Positions 22,998 to 31,564 of a stretch of 64,000 nt of DNA are shown one piece after another. The stretch lies in the NCBI GenBank assembly GCA_964504305.1, contig CAZDEB010000003.1:87213-151212 (forward strand), written 5' to 3'. Source of the DNA: an uncultured Candidatus Nemicrothrix sp. (GTDB lineage Bacteria > Actinomycetota > Acidimicrobiia > Acidimicrobiales > Aldehydirespiratoraceae). The notes under the pieces are model-generated. The model was not told the DNA's origin and made no database searches. It saw only the letters and a list, made by a program, of their open reading frames with translations. Position 1 is the first letter of the stretch; every line of letters begins with the position of its first letter. The position numbers and the translations under genes are program-made.

Positions 22998-23843
22998 ATG
23001 GCTGCTCTGAAAACAATCCACGGCGGGATCGATTTTGGCGAAGGACCGCGTTGGCACGAAGGTCGACTTTGGTTCAGCGACTTCTTTCGTCGCGGGGTGT
23101 ACACCCTGGATGACGATGGCCAAGAGGAACTGCAACTGCGGATCGATGATCGACCGTCGGGGTTGGGCTGGCTGCCCGACGGAACTTTGCTTGTAGTGGC
23201 GATGACGTCGCGGCAAGTACTTGCGGTTGACGCCAACGGCGACGTGAGCCAGTACGCCGACCTTCAAGGGCTGGCCGACGGTTACTGCAACGACATGGTC
23301 GTTTCCGAGCGGGGCGATGCCTACGTAGGCAACTTTGGGTTCGATATGGAGAACGGGGCACCATTTCGGTCCGCTTCCATCGCCCACGTCCGTCTCGATG
23401 GATCGGCCACGGTTGCCGCCGACGACTTGATGTTCCCGAACGGCTCGGTGATCACCCCAGACGGATCGACACTCATCGTGGGCGAGACGTGGGGCGGCCG
23501 ATACACGGCTTGGGATATTGCCGGCGATGGATCGCTGGGCAACAAACGGTTGTGGGCGCAAGTCGAAGGGTCGACTCCCGACGGGTGCTGCCTGGACGCC
23601 GAGGGGGCGATCTGGATGGCTGACTTCATGGGTGGCCGTGTTGCCCGCGTGCTTGAGGGCGGCGAGATCACCGACATGATCGAAGTCGACGGGCGGGCGG
23701 TGGCGTGCGTGCTCGGCGGTGACGACCGCCGGACGCTCTACGTTTTGCAATCACCAGATTCTGTGCCAGAGCAAGTAAGCGGCAAAGGCTTGTCGACGAT
23801 CGGTTCGGTCCGGGTGGACGTGCCGGGGGCCGGCCGGCCATAG
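22998..23843 (+). CDS. SMP-30/gluconolactonase/LRE-family protein
   Basis: GEGPRWHEGRLWFSD and repeated beta-propeller blades (PDG.. motifs). Confidence 0.8.
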   Translation: MAALKTIHGGIDFGEGPRWHEGRLWFSDFFRRGVYTLDDDGQEELQLRIDDRPSGLGWLPDGTLLVVAMTSRQVLAVDANGDVSQYADLQGLADGYCNDMVVSERGDAYVGNFGFDMENGAPFRSASIAHVRLDGSATVAADDLMFPNGSVITPDGSTLIVGETWGGRYTAWDIAGDGSLGNKRLWAQVEGSTPDGCCLDAEGAIWMADFMGGRVARVLEGGEITDMIEVDGRAVACVLGGDDRRTLYVLQSPDSVPEQVSGKGLSTIGSVRVDVPGAGRP

Positions 23844-23907
23844 CGGAATGAGACCAACGTCTGAACGCTGACTATCGTCTTGGCGTTCCGCACGATCTGG
23901 AGGACGC

Positions 23908-25146
23908 ATGGCCATTGATTTCACCCTCAGCCCTGAGCACGAAGCGATCCGCGACAAGGTTCGCACGTTCATCAGCGAGGTGGTCAAGCCCGGCGAGGAC
24001 ATCATCGAAGGCAAAGGGGGTGACGCCCCACTCGAGGGGCGGGAGCGACTCGAAACTCTGATCGCGCTGCGTAAGAAGGCTTTTGAGGCGGGTTTGTGGC
24101 TGCCGCATATGCCTGAGGACTGGGGAGGCATGGGGCTAGGCCACGTTGCTCTGGCCATGGTGCAGGCCGAGGCGGCCAAGTCGTACTACGGGCCGTGGGT
24201 GCTCAACTGTCAAGCGCCCGACGAAGGCAATATGCATACGCTTTTGCATTGGGCAACGCCCGAGCAGGCCGATAAGTACCTCAAACCGCTTTGTGCCGGC
24301 ACGCAATGGTCGTGTTTTGCGATGACTGAGCCGGAGGTTGCCGGTTCGGATCCGACATTGATCCGAACCCGGGGTTATCAAGACGGCGAAGAGTGGGTGC
24401 TAAACGGGCACAAGTGGTTCATCTCCAACGCTCATCGAGCCAACTTCGCGATCCTCGTGGTGCGTACCGAGGACGATCCCGACCTGCCGCAGGCCGCCAA
24501 CACTGCGTTCATTATTGACCTGCCGGCCGAGGGCTGGACCGAGGTGCGCCAGATCGAAACAATGCATGGCGGCACGGGTCATTCGGAGATCTTGATCGAG
24601 GATTTGCGGGTCCACGAGTCGCAGATGCTTGGAGGCCGAGGTCAGGGTCACATGCTGGGTCAGTACCGGCTTGGCCCGGCCCGATTGGCCCACTGTATGC
24701 GTTGGATTTCGCAGGCCGAAACGGCGCTGGACATGATGGTCGAGCGGTCCCTTGACCGTTACAGCCACGGTTCGATATTGGCCGAGAAGCAGGGGATCCA
24801 ATGGATGATCGCCGACTCGGCGATGGAGCTGTACCAAAGCAAGCTGATGGTGTTGCACGCCGCTTCAAAGATCGATGCGGGCGACGACTTCAAGTCCGAG
24901 GTGTCGATGGCCAAGCACTTCGTGGCTAATTCGCTTGGGCGCATCATCGACCGCGCCATCCAAGTGCACGGTGCGCTTGGATACTCGACCGATACTCCTC
25001 TGGCCCACATGTATCAGCATGCCCGCTGGGCCCGCTTTGCTGATGGCGCCGACGAAGTTCATCAGATGCGTATTGCTCAACGCACGATCGCTGCTTACAA
25101 GGACTTTGGCACCACCAAAGCCGCGACCGGCAACCTGCCCGTGTGA
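23908..25146 (+). CDS. acyl-CoA dehydrogenase family protein
   Basis: ACAD N, middle and C domain pattern (CFAMTEPEVAGSD...; QVHGALGYS...). The SDR start overlaps its stop. Confidence 0.9.
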   Translation: MAIDFTLSPEHEAIRDKVRTFISEVVKPGEDIIEGKGGDAPLEGRERLETLIALRKKAFEAGLWLPHMPEDWGGMGLGHVALAMVQAEAAKSYYGPWVLNCQAPDEGNMHTLLHWATPEQADKYLKPLCAGTQWSCFAMTEPEVAGSDPTLIRTRGYQDGEEWVLNGHKWFISNAHRANFAILVVRTEDDPDLPQAANTAFIIDLPAEGWTEVRQIETMHGGTGHSEILIEDLRVHESQMLGGRGQGHMLGQYRLGPARLAHCMRWISQAETALDMMVERSLDRYSHGSILAEKQGIQWMIADSAMELYQSKLMVLHAASKIDAGDDFKSEVSMAKHFVANSLGRIIDRAIQVHGALGYSTDTPLAHMYQHARWARFADGADEVHQMRIAQRTIAAYKDFGTTKAATGNLPV

Positions 25147-25916
25147 TGAGTTCTCCTTTCGATCTGAGTGGAAGACTGGCCCTCATCACTGGCGGAGGTC
25201 GCGGCCTCGGTCGTGAGATGGCGCTGTCGTTCGCGGCCCACGGAGCCACGGTGGTGATCGCCAGCCGCAAGGCCGACGTCATCGAGGCATCGGCTAACGA
25301 GATTGCCGAAGCGACCGGTCAGACGGTGGTCGCGATGCCGTGTCACGTCGGCCGTTGGGATGAGGTATCGGCGTTGGCCGACGATGTCTACGAGCGGTTC
25401 GGTCGAGTCGATGTGTTGGTGAATAACGCGGGTATGAGTCCGCTCTACGACAAGCTCAGCAATGTCACCGAGGAACTCTTCGACAAGGTGATGGACGTTA
25501 ACGTCAAAGGGCCTTTCCGACTGGGTTCGGTAATCGGCGAGCGAATGAAGCAAGCGGGGCGCGGCTCGATCATCAACGTGAGCAGCACATCTTCGTTGCG
25601 TCCCGGTCCGGCCGAGGTTCCCTATGCCGCGGCCAAAGCGGGGGTCAACGCGCTAACGGTCGGGTTGGCTCAGAGTTTTGGCCCCGAGGTGCGGGTCAAC
25701 TGCATCATGCCGGGGCCGTTCCGAACCGATATCAGCAAGGCATGGGATTGGGACGTTATCGACCGGGCTATGCAGCGAGTGCCGATGGGTCGCGTTGGCG
25801 AACCCAACGAGATCGTCGGAGCGGCTCTGCTACTGGCTAGCGATGCCGGCGCGTACATGTCGGGTTCTATCATCAAGGTTGACGGTGGCATGAGTGGGAT
25901 TGTTGGGAGTGGCTGA
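25143..25916 (+). CDS. SDR-family oxidoreductase (FabG-like)
   Basis: TGGGRGLG cofactor loop, NNAG, and YAAAK catalytic YxxxK. Confidence 0.9.
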   Translation: MMSSPFDLSGRLALITGGGRGLGREMALSFAAHGATVVIASRKADVIEASANEIAEATGQTVVAMPCHVGRWDEVSALADDVYERFGRVDVLVNNAGMSPLYDKLSNVTEELFDKVMDVNVKGPFRLGSVIGERMKQAGRGSIINVSSTSSLRPGPAEVPYAAAKAGVNALTVGLAQSFGPEVRVNCIMPGPFRTDISKAWDWDVIDRAMQRVPMGRVGEPNEIVGAALLLASDAGAYMSGSIIKVDGGMSGIVGSG

Positions 25917-26958
25917 TCTTCAGCCGGTTGATCCGGCGATTGTCGACGTCGGCCGGTTACAGAGTTGGATGGATTCGTGTGGGCTGGGTTCGGGTCCGCT
26001 CAGCGCCGTGCAGGCCCTGCGGGGCGGTACCCAGAACTTGCTTCTGCGTTTCGAACGGTCGGGCCGCGCCTACGTGCTTCGCCGCCCGCCGGCCAACAAG
26101 CGCCGCAACAGTGACGAGACGATGCGCCGAGAAGCGCGAGTCTTAGCGGCTCTGGCCGACACGCCGGTTCGGCACCCGCGGCTCATAGCGGCTGAGTCCG
26201 ACGAATCGGTGTTGGGGGCGGCCTTCTACCTGATGGAACCGGTCGACGGCTTCAACGCCACCATTGAGCTTCCGGCCTGGCATGCTGCGAGCGCGGTGCG
26301 GCGTCGCGAGATGGGGTTGGCCTTCATTGATCAGCTACTGGCCCTTCACGCAGTGAACTACTCCGACGTAGGTCTCGAAGGCTTTGGACGCCCAGACGGC
26401 TACCTCGAGCGGCAGGTCGCGCGTTGGCAGAAACAATTGGATAGTTATTCGGATCTGGACGGTTATGGCGGCCCCGAAATACCTCACCTTGTCGATGTTG
26501 CCGGATGGCTCGAACAAAATCGTCCGCCACAGAGCCCATCGGGCATCATCCATGGTGACTATCACCTCGCAAACGTGATGTTTCGTCGTGATGACACCCA
26601 ACTTGCGGCGATCGTCGATTGGGAACTGGCGACCATTGGCGACCCGTTGATCGACCTCGGCTTGGTGATGGCGATGTGGCCCCAGTCCGGCGAACCGGTC
26701 CAGGCCGCCAGCGTGCAGCCGTGGGATGGTTTCCCCACGATTGACGAACTCGTTGCTCGCTACGCGGCCGGTTCGTCTCGCGATTTGTCCTCGATTGTCT
26801 GGTACGGCGTTCTCGCCTGTTACAAGACCGGCATCATTTTGGAGGGCACGTATGCCCGTTCGGCCGCCGGGCTAGCGGCGAAGGAGTTTGGTGAGCTTCT
26901 TCACCTAACGACGGTGAGGTTGTTCGGCCGCGCCGCCGACTTCATCGATTCGGCCTGA
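25894..26958 (+). CDS. phosphotransferase (APH/choline-kinase-like) family protein
   Basis: Brenner motif IHGDYHLANVMF and DWELATIGDPLIDL. The exact start is uncertain (GTG 25894 overlaps the SDR gene by 23 nt). Confidence 0.85.
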   Translation: MGLLGVADLQPVDPAIVDVGRLQSWMDSCGLGSGPLSAVQALRGGTQNLLLRFERSGRAYVLRRPPANKRRNSDETMRREARVLAALADTPVRHPRLIAAESDESVLGAAFYLMEPVDGFNATIELPAWHAASAVRRREMGLAFIDQLLALHAVNYSDVGLEGFGRPDGYLERQVARWQKQLDSYSDLDGYGGPEIPHLVDVAGWLEQNRPPQSPSGIIHGDYHLANVMFRRDDTQLAAIVDWELATIGDPLIDLGLVMAMWPQSGEPVQAASVQPWDGFPTIDELVARYAAGSSRDLSSIVWYGVLACYKTGIILEGTYARSAAGLAAKEFGELLHLTTVRLFGRAADFIDSA

Positions 26959-27019
26959 CCACGCACAGTGAATATCCATCAGTAGGTCCTGATCGTTTCG
27001 TACGTTCTTGGTCTGAGAG

Positions 27020-27814
27020 GTGATGGACATGGCACCTAGGCGGGACGTCATACAAAACGGTGGTAGGGCCACTGGCATTGTTTGTGAGGGCCGCGGACCA
27101 GTAGTGCTGGTCGTGCCCGATCCTCACCAACCAACGATCTCGTGGTTCGAGCCGACGATGGCCGGCGGATTGATCAACGACGTCACCTTGGCGGTGGTTG
27201 AGCTCGCTCCCGCGGGCGAAGCCGCCCCGGATTCGAGGCGGTTCCATCCCGAAGCGGTCACCGAAGACCTCCGCGAGGTGCTTCGCTGGTTGGACGTCGA
27301 TCGAGTGGTCGCGTGGGGGTTCGCGGGCGGTGCGTCGTTTGCCGCGAGTTTGGCGCGCCGGCGCCCAGATCTGGTTAGGGGGCTGATAGTTGGTTCTGCA
27401 TCGGTCGGCGACCCCCGAGGGCACTACGAAGGGTTGGAGTTAGACCGCGAAGCGCTCATCGGGCGACTCGTTCAGGCCCTTCGGGCCAACGACTGGGAGG
27501 CCTACTTCGACGCCGCGCCGTGGCACGCATCGGCGGAGACCCGTCAAGAAATCCTTGCCGAGTGTCGCGGAAGCGACATCGCGGCTGCCCTCGAAGGCGA
27601 ACTATTACGCCCGAGCGGGCTGGTGCTACCGGCCTCGCCGTCGTTTGTCTATTGGGGTGACCGAGAGCCATTTCACTCTCTGAATACGTTGGCCGTCGAG
27701 TCGCTTCCGGTGCAGTGGACCACTGTTACAGGGCACCGCGGAGATGTGATGCGGGCCGGCCGTTGGCTTAGCCGAGAGATTCGTGAGTTCTTGCTGGAGA
27801 CAGTTTCGGTGTAG
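27020..27814 (+). CDS. alpha/beta-hydrolase-fold protein, nucleophile position apparently Ala
   Basis: Fold-like pattern with the elbow WGFAGGASF where GxSxG is expected, and a later GH dipeptide (VTGHRGD). Confidence 0.55.
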   Translation: MMDMAPRRDVIQNGGRATGIVCEGRGPVVLVVPDPHQPTISWFEPTMAGGLINDVTLAVVELAPAGEAAPDSRRFHPEAVTEDLREVLRWLDVDRVVAWGFAGGASFAASLARRRPDLVRGLIVGSASVGDPRGHYEGLELDREALIGRLVQALRANDWEAYFDAAPWHASAETRQEILAECRGSDIAAALEGELLRPSGLVLPASPSFVYWGDREPFHSLNTLAVESLPVQWTTVTGHRGDVMRAGRWLSREIREFLLETVSV

Positions 27815-27943
27815 CCGACTTGGGCCAAAACCGTTGGTAACCCGATAGCTCACGATTCTGGTCCGTGAAATATTTCGAGGAACTTGGTCGGGGCGATCCG
27901 TCGTTGTTCAGTCGACCCATCGCGTCTGTGGTGGGCGACATGG

Positions 27944-29326
27944 ATGTGGAGGATGAGAATGACTCGATGGATTCGCCTGTTGGCGATTTTGAGTGCGGTA
28001 TTGGTGCTGGGGGCGGCTTGTGGCCGTGACAGTTCGATCGCCGCGGCATCAGATGACGAAATGCCAGATGACGAGATGCCTGACGATGGCATGGCTGACG
28101 ATATGCCTGACGATGACATGGCTGACGACATGCACGGGGAGCAGACATTTCGTGTGACGCTGACCAACACTTCGGACTCGTTTGCCTACGCCGCGAGTGG
28201 AGCGTCGGCGATTCCTGTCGGTGCAACCGAAGCCGGTCCGGCGTTTCCGGGTAGCGGCTACGAGTTTGTTGTACCGCGCGCGGCTAGCCGGTTGACGATC
28301 GCTTCGATGTTCGTTCAGTCCAACGACTGGTTCTGGTCATCTGGTCCTGAGGGAATTGCTCTGGTGGATGTCGATGGAAACCCAGTGAGCGGTGATGTAA
28401 CGCACGAAGTATCGCTATGGGACGCCGGCACCGAAGCCGATCAGACGCCGGGCGAGGGTTCCGACCAGGCACCGCGTCAGGCCGCACCGAATACCGGTGA
28501 AGCCGATCCCGACCCGACGGTCCGTGCGGTCGACGGCTTCGACGCGACCGACTACGTGCGGGTCGTGCTGACCCCGAACGCCGACGGAAGCACGACCGTT
28601 GCCGTCGACAATGTCGGCGCCGCGGCCGCGGTTGTCGGTCCGATCGCGCCAGTGGCGTGGGCGGTGCACGGAGAAGGTAGCGCGCTGTTCACCCCTGGAG
28701 AGGCGGCCCCCGCCGGACTCGAATCGCTGGCCGAGGATGGCAGCCCGGCCGCTCTTGCCAGCTCGCTCGGGCTTCGGACCGGCACCACCACACCTTTTGC
28801 TCCAGTGGCTTTTGTGGTCAGCGAGGATCTCGATCCCATCTTTTCTCCCGGCGCGGTGGCGTCGGCGGGGCTTGAATCTCTGGCCGAGGATGGGAGCCCT
28901 GCGGCGTTGGTGCCGGAGCTGGTTGCTGCCGGTTTCGAACACGCCGGCGCCGCAACAAATCCCGACGGCGGACCTGATGCCGGACCAGCGTTTCCCACAA
29001 GCTCGTACACGTTTGAGGTCGACGGTGAACAAGGCGACCGGTTGTCGTTTGTTTCGATGTTTGTGCAATCCAACGACTGGTTTGTGGCCGGCCGGAACCT
29101 GGCGCTGTTCGACGCCGATGGCGTTGCGTTAAGTGGCGATATCACCGCGTCGTTGGGCCTCTACGACGCCGGGACGGAGCTCGATCAGGCGGTCGCCGCT
29201 GGTCCGGATCAAGCGCCTCGTCAGGCCGGGCCCAATACCGGAGCCGCCGATCCGGATTCTTCCATTCGGCCAATCGACTTCGATTTGGCCGGCCACCTGG
29301 TACTGACCATCGAGGTCATCGGCTAG
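27944..29326 (+). CDS. secreted lipoprotein with duplicated spondin_N-like modules
   Basis: Signal peptide plus lipobox-like LVLGAAC|G, a Met/Asp repeat, SMFVQSNDWF (twice), AGLESLAEDGSPAAL (twice) and (W/Y)DAGTE..DQAPRQAxPNTG (twice). The start lies among ATGs 27944, 27953 and 27959. Confidence 0.75.
   Translation: MWRMRMTRWIRLLAILSAVLVLGAACGRDSSIAAASDDEMPDDEMPDDGMADDMPDDDMADDMHGEQTFRVTLTNTSDSFAYAASGASAIPVGATEAGPAFPGSGYEFVVPRAASRLTIASMFVQSNDWFWSSGPEGIALVDVDGNPVSGDVTHEVSLWDAGTEADQTPGEGSDQAPRQAAPNTGEADPDPTVRAVDGFDATDYVRVVLTPNADGSTTVAVDNVGAAAAVVGPIAPVAWAVHGEGSALFTPGEAAPAGLESLAEDGSPAALASSLGLRTGTTTPFAPVAFVVSEDLDPIFSPGAVASAGLESLAEDGSPAALVPELVAAGFEHAGAATNPDGGPDAGPAFPTSSYTFEVDGEQGDRLSFVSMFVQSNDWFVAGRNLALFDADGVALSGDITASLGLYDAGTELDQAVAAGPDQAPRQAGPNTGAADPDSSIRPIDFDLAGHLVLTIEVIG
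28052..28135 (+). repeat. imperfect tandem 12-15-nt coding repeat giving DDEMP DDEMP DDGMA DDMP DDDMA DDMH
   Basis: Read directly: gatgacgaaatgcca / gatgacgagatgcct / gacgatggcatggct / gacgatatgcct / gacgatgacatggct / gacgacatgcac. Confidence 0.85.
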
Positions 29327-29504
29327 TCGGTTCTAACTGTCTCGGAAATCTCCTGGAGATTCCTAACGTCGGTCGAGTTTCGGCCGATGGGGTGGGGAAC
29401 AACCCCTCCAGGTTGACGCAGCGTCGGATTCGACCCTCAATGTCGAGCCGGCGCTGCACCGCGACGGGCCTGAATAGAGCGGTGCTGGAGAAGGCGGCGC
29501 AGCC

Positions 29505-30194
29505 CTAGGTTGGTTTGCTAGCGGCGAAGGCGTCGGTGATGAGCGTTGTCTCGACGGTCGTGACCTGCGATGCGGGCAGTGTTGGGTCGCGGCCGATCAT
29601 CTGGGTCAGCACCGACCGCTTGGCCGCTCCGGTCACGATCCACAAGCGGTGCCGGGCTCGGTTGATGAGCGGGTAGGTCATGGTCATCCGGCGAGCCCCG
29701 GCGTAGGGACCAGTGAGGTCGATGTCTCGATCGACGGTATCGAGACTCGAGTCGTCAGGTACCAGCGACGCGGTGTGGCCATCGGCGCCGAGTCCGAGCT
29801 GCACAAGGTCTAGCACCGCGGGTTGCCCGGCCGCCTCCTCGATAGCCACCTGATACGCGCTTGCCTCGCGGGGGAGATCGTCGGTCACAACAGGCATCGG
29901 CGCATAGTTGCCGATGGGGCTGAGGTCGGCCAAGTGCTCTCTGATCATCGTGTCGTTTCGTGTCTCGGTGCCGTCGGGAGCGACTCGTTCGTCGACTTGA
30001 AACAGCTGTATACGCGGCCAGTCGATCCGGTCTGACTTGGCGAGTTGGTCCAGAAACCGGCGGGGCGTAGAGCCCCCCGATACGGCCCAAACGAACGTCC
30101 CGCGACGTTCGATCGCATCGGCGGCTAGATCGACGAACACCCTGGCCGCGGCCCGTGCGACGTGGTCGCCCGATGGTGCTCCTATGATCTTCAT
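29505..30194 (-). CDS. pgl: 6-phosphogluconolactonase
   Basis: LFQVDERVAPDG and LGLGADGHTASL motifs. ATG 30194 overlaps the zwf TGA (ATGA). Confidence 0.85.
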   Translation of the reverse strand: MKIIGAPSGDHVARAAARVFVDLAADAIERRGTFVWAVSGGSTPRRFLDQLAKSDRIDWPRIQLFQVDERVAPDGTETRNDTMIREHLADLSPIGNYAPMPVVTDDLPREASAYQVAIEEAAGQPAVLDLVQLGLGADGHTASLVPDDSSLDTVDRDIDLTGPYAGARRMTMTYPLINRARHRLWIVTGAAKRSVLTQMIGRDPTLPASQVTTVETTLITDAFAASKPT

Positions 30195-31564
30195 TGGTTC
30201 GGCGTGCCAGTTATCCAGGCCATACCCTTGGGTAGTACTCGGTCTTCGCAGTCGGGCCCCCAACTGCCTGGCCGGTAGGTGCAGATCTCGGGGGGATTCG
30301 ATAACAACGGATCGATGATTCGCCAAGCCTCTTCCACTCCGTCTTGGCGGGCAAACAGGCGGGGGTCTCCGGCCAGAGCATCCCCGATCAAGCGCTCATA
30401 GGCATCGGGGCCGTCGCCGCCGAGAGCTTGGCCGTAGTCGACGGTGAGGTCGACGGCGCGACTGGTTAGATCCTGTCCTGGGACTTTGGCCTGCATGGTC
30501 ATCGAGATGACATCGTCGGGCTTCATCCGGAAACGAATGCTGTTGGGGGCGGGGGAGTCGTCTCCGCCAAACAACATGGTGGGTGGCGGGAGCAGTTCAA
30601 CGACCGCTTCGGTGACGGTTCCGGCCATGGCTTTCCCGGCCCGAATGCAGAACGGAACTCCGGCCCATCGCCAGTTGTCGATTTCGAACGTGACCGCGGC
30701 GAAGGTTTCGGTCGCCGAGTCGGGGCGCACGTCGGGTTCGCTCAGGTACCCGTCGTATTGGCCAAACACGGCCTGGTCGGGCCGCAGTGGTTTGATGGCC
30801 CTCATGACCTTGACTCGTTCGTCTCGAAGCGCGTCGGGATCATCGGAGGATGGTGGTTCCATCGCCAAGAGCGCAACCATTTGCAGCAGGTGGTTTTGCA
30901 CGACGTCGCGAACGGCACCGACGTTGTCGTAAAATTTTCCTCGCCCTTCGATCCCAAACGACTCGGCCATGGTGACTTGCACGCTGGCGATGTGGCGACG
31001 GTTCCAGATCGGTTCGAGCAGGGAGTTGGCAAATCGAAACACCATGAGGTTCTGAACCGGTTCTTTGCCCAGAAAATGGTCGATTCGGTAAATCGCCGAT
31101 TCGTCGAAGTGACGATGAAGTATCTGGTTGAGCTCTTGCGCCGAAGCCAGATCTCGTCCAAACGGCTTTTCCACCACGAGTCGACCGTGTTGGTGAAATC
31201 CAACCGAAGCGAGTCCCGTGGCGACATCGTCAAACAGGCTTGGCGGGATGGCCATGAAGAAAACCGGCAGTGAGCAGTCCCGAAGTTGGTGGGCGAGCGC
31301 GCCGTAAAGAGAGGCGTCTTGGTAGTCGCCTCGCAGATAACTGACTCGGTGGCACAAGCTTTCGACGACGGCCCGCTCGCGGTCACTCAAAGCATCGGCG
31401 ATGTGGGCGCGTAGGTCGTTGTCGGTCCAGTCGCTACGGGCGGCACCGACGATCGGCAGGTCGAGTCGGCCCTCGGCCTCGAGTTCGTAGAGCGCGGGAA
31501 GAAGTTTCTTCTTGGCCAGATCTCCGGTTATGCCGAAGAGAACTAGGGCATCGGCCGAGCTCAT
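30191..31564 (-). CDS. zwf: glucose-6-phosphate dehydrogenase
   Basis: LFGITGDLAKKKL NADP loop and RIDHFLGKE active-site motif. ATG 31564 overlaps the gnd TGA (ATGA). The listed 539-aa ORF carries a spurious Arg-rich N-terminal extension. Confidence 0.95.
   Translation of the reverse strand: MSSADALVLFGITGDLAKKKLLPALYELEAEGRLDLPIVGAARSDWTDNDLRAHIADALSDRERAVVESLCHRVSYLRGDYQDASLYGALAHQLRDCSLPVFFMAIPPSLFDDVATGLASVGFHQHGRLVVEKPFGRDLASAQELNQILHRHFDESAIYRIDHFLGKEPVQNLMVFRFANSLLEPIWNRRHIASVQVTMAESFGIEGRGKFYDNVGAVRDVVQNHLLQMVALLAMEPPSSDDPDALRDERVKVMRAIKPLRPDQAVFGQYDGYLSEPDVRPDSATETFAAVTFEIDNWRWAGVPFCIRAGKAMAGTVTEAVVELLPPPTMLFGGDDSPAPNSIRFRMKPDDVISMTMQAKVPGQDLTSRAVDLTVDYGQALGGDGPDAYERLIGDALAGDPRLFARQDGVEEAWRIIDPLLSNPPEICTYRPGSWGPDCEDRVLPKGMAWITGTPNQ

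Noticed and set aside
29345-29420. Two small inverted repeats in the convergent spacer between the spondin-like gene and pgl, considered as terminators: GGAAATCTCC/GGAGATTCC and GGGG-aacaa-CCCC.
   Set aside because: The stems are short or bulged, the loops are too small and there is no following T-tract. They cannot be distinguished from chance palindromes without RNA-end data.
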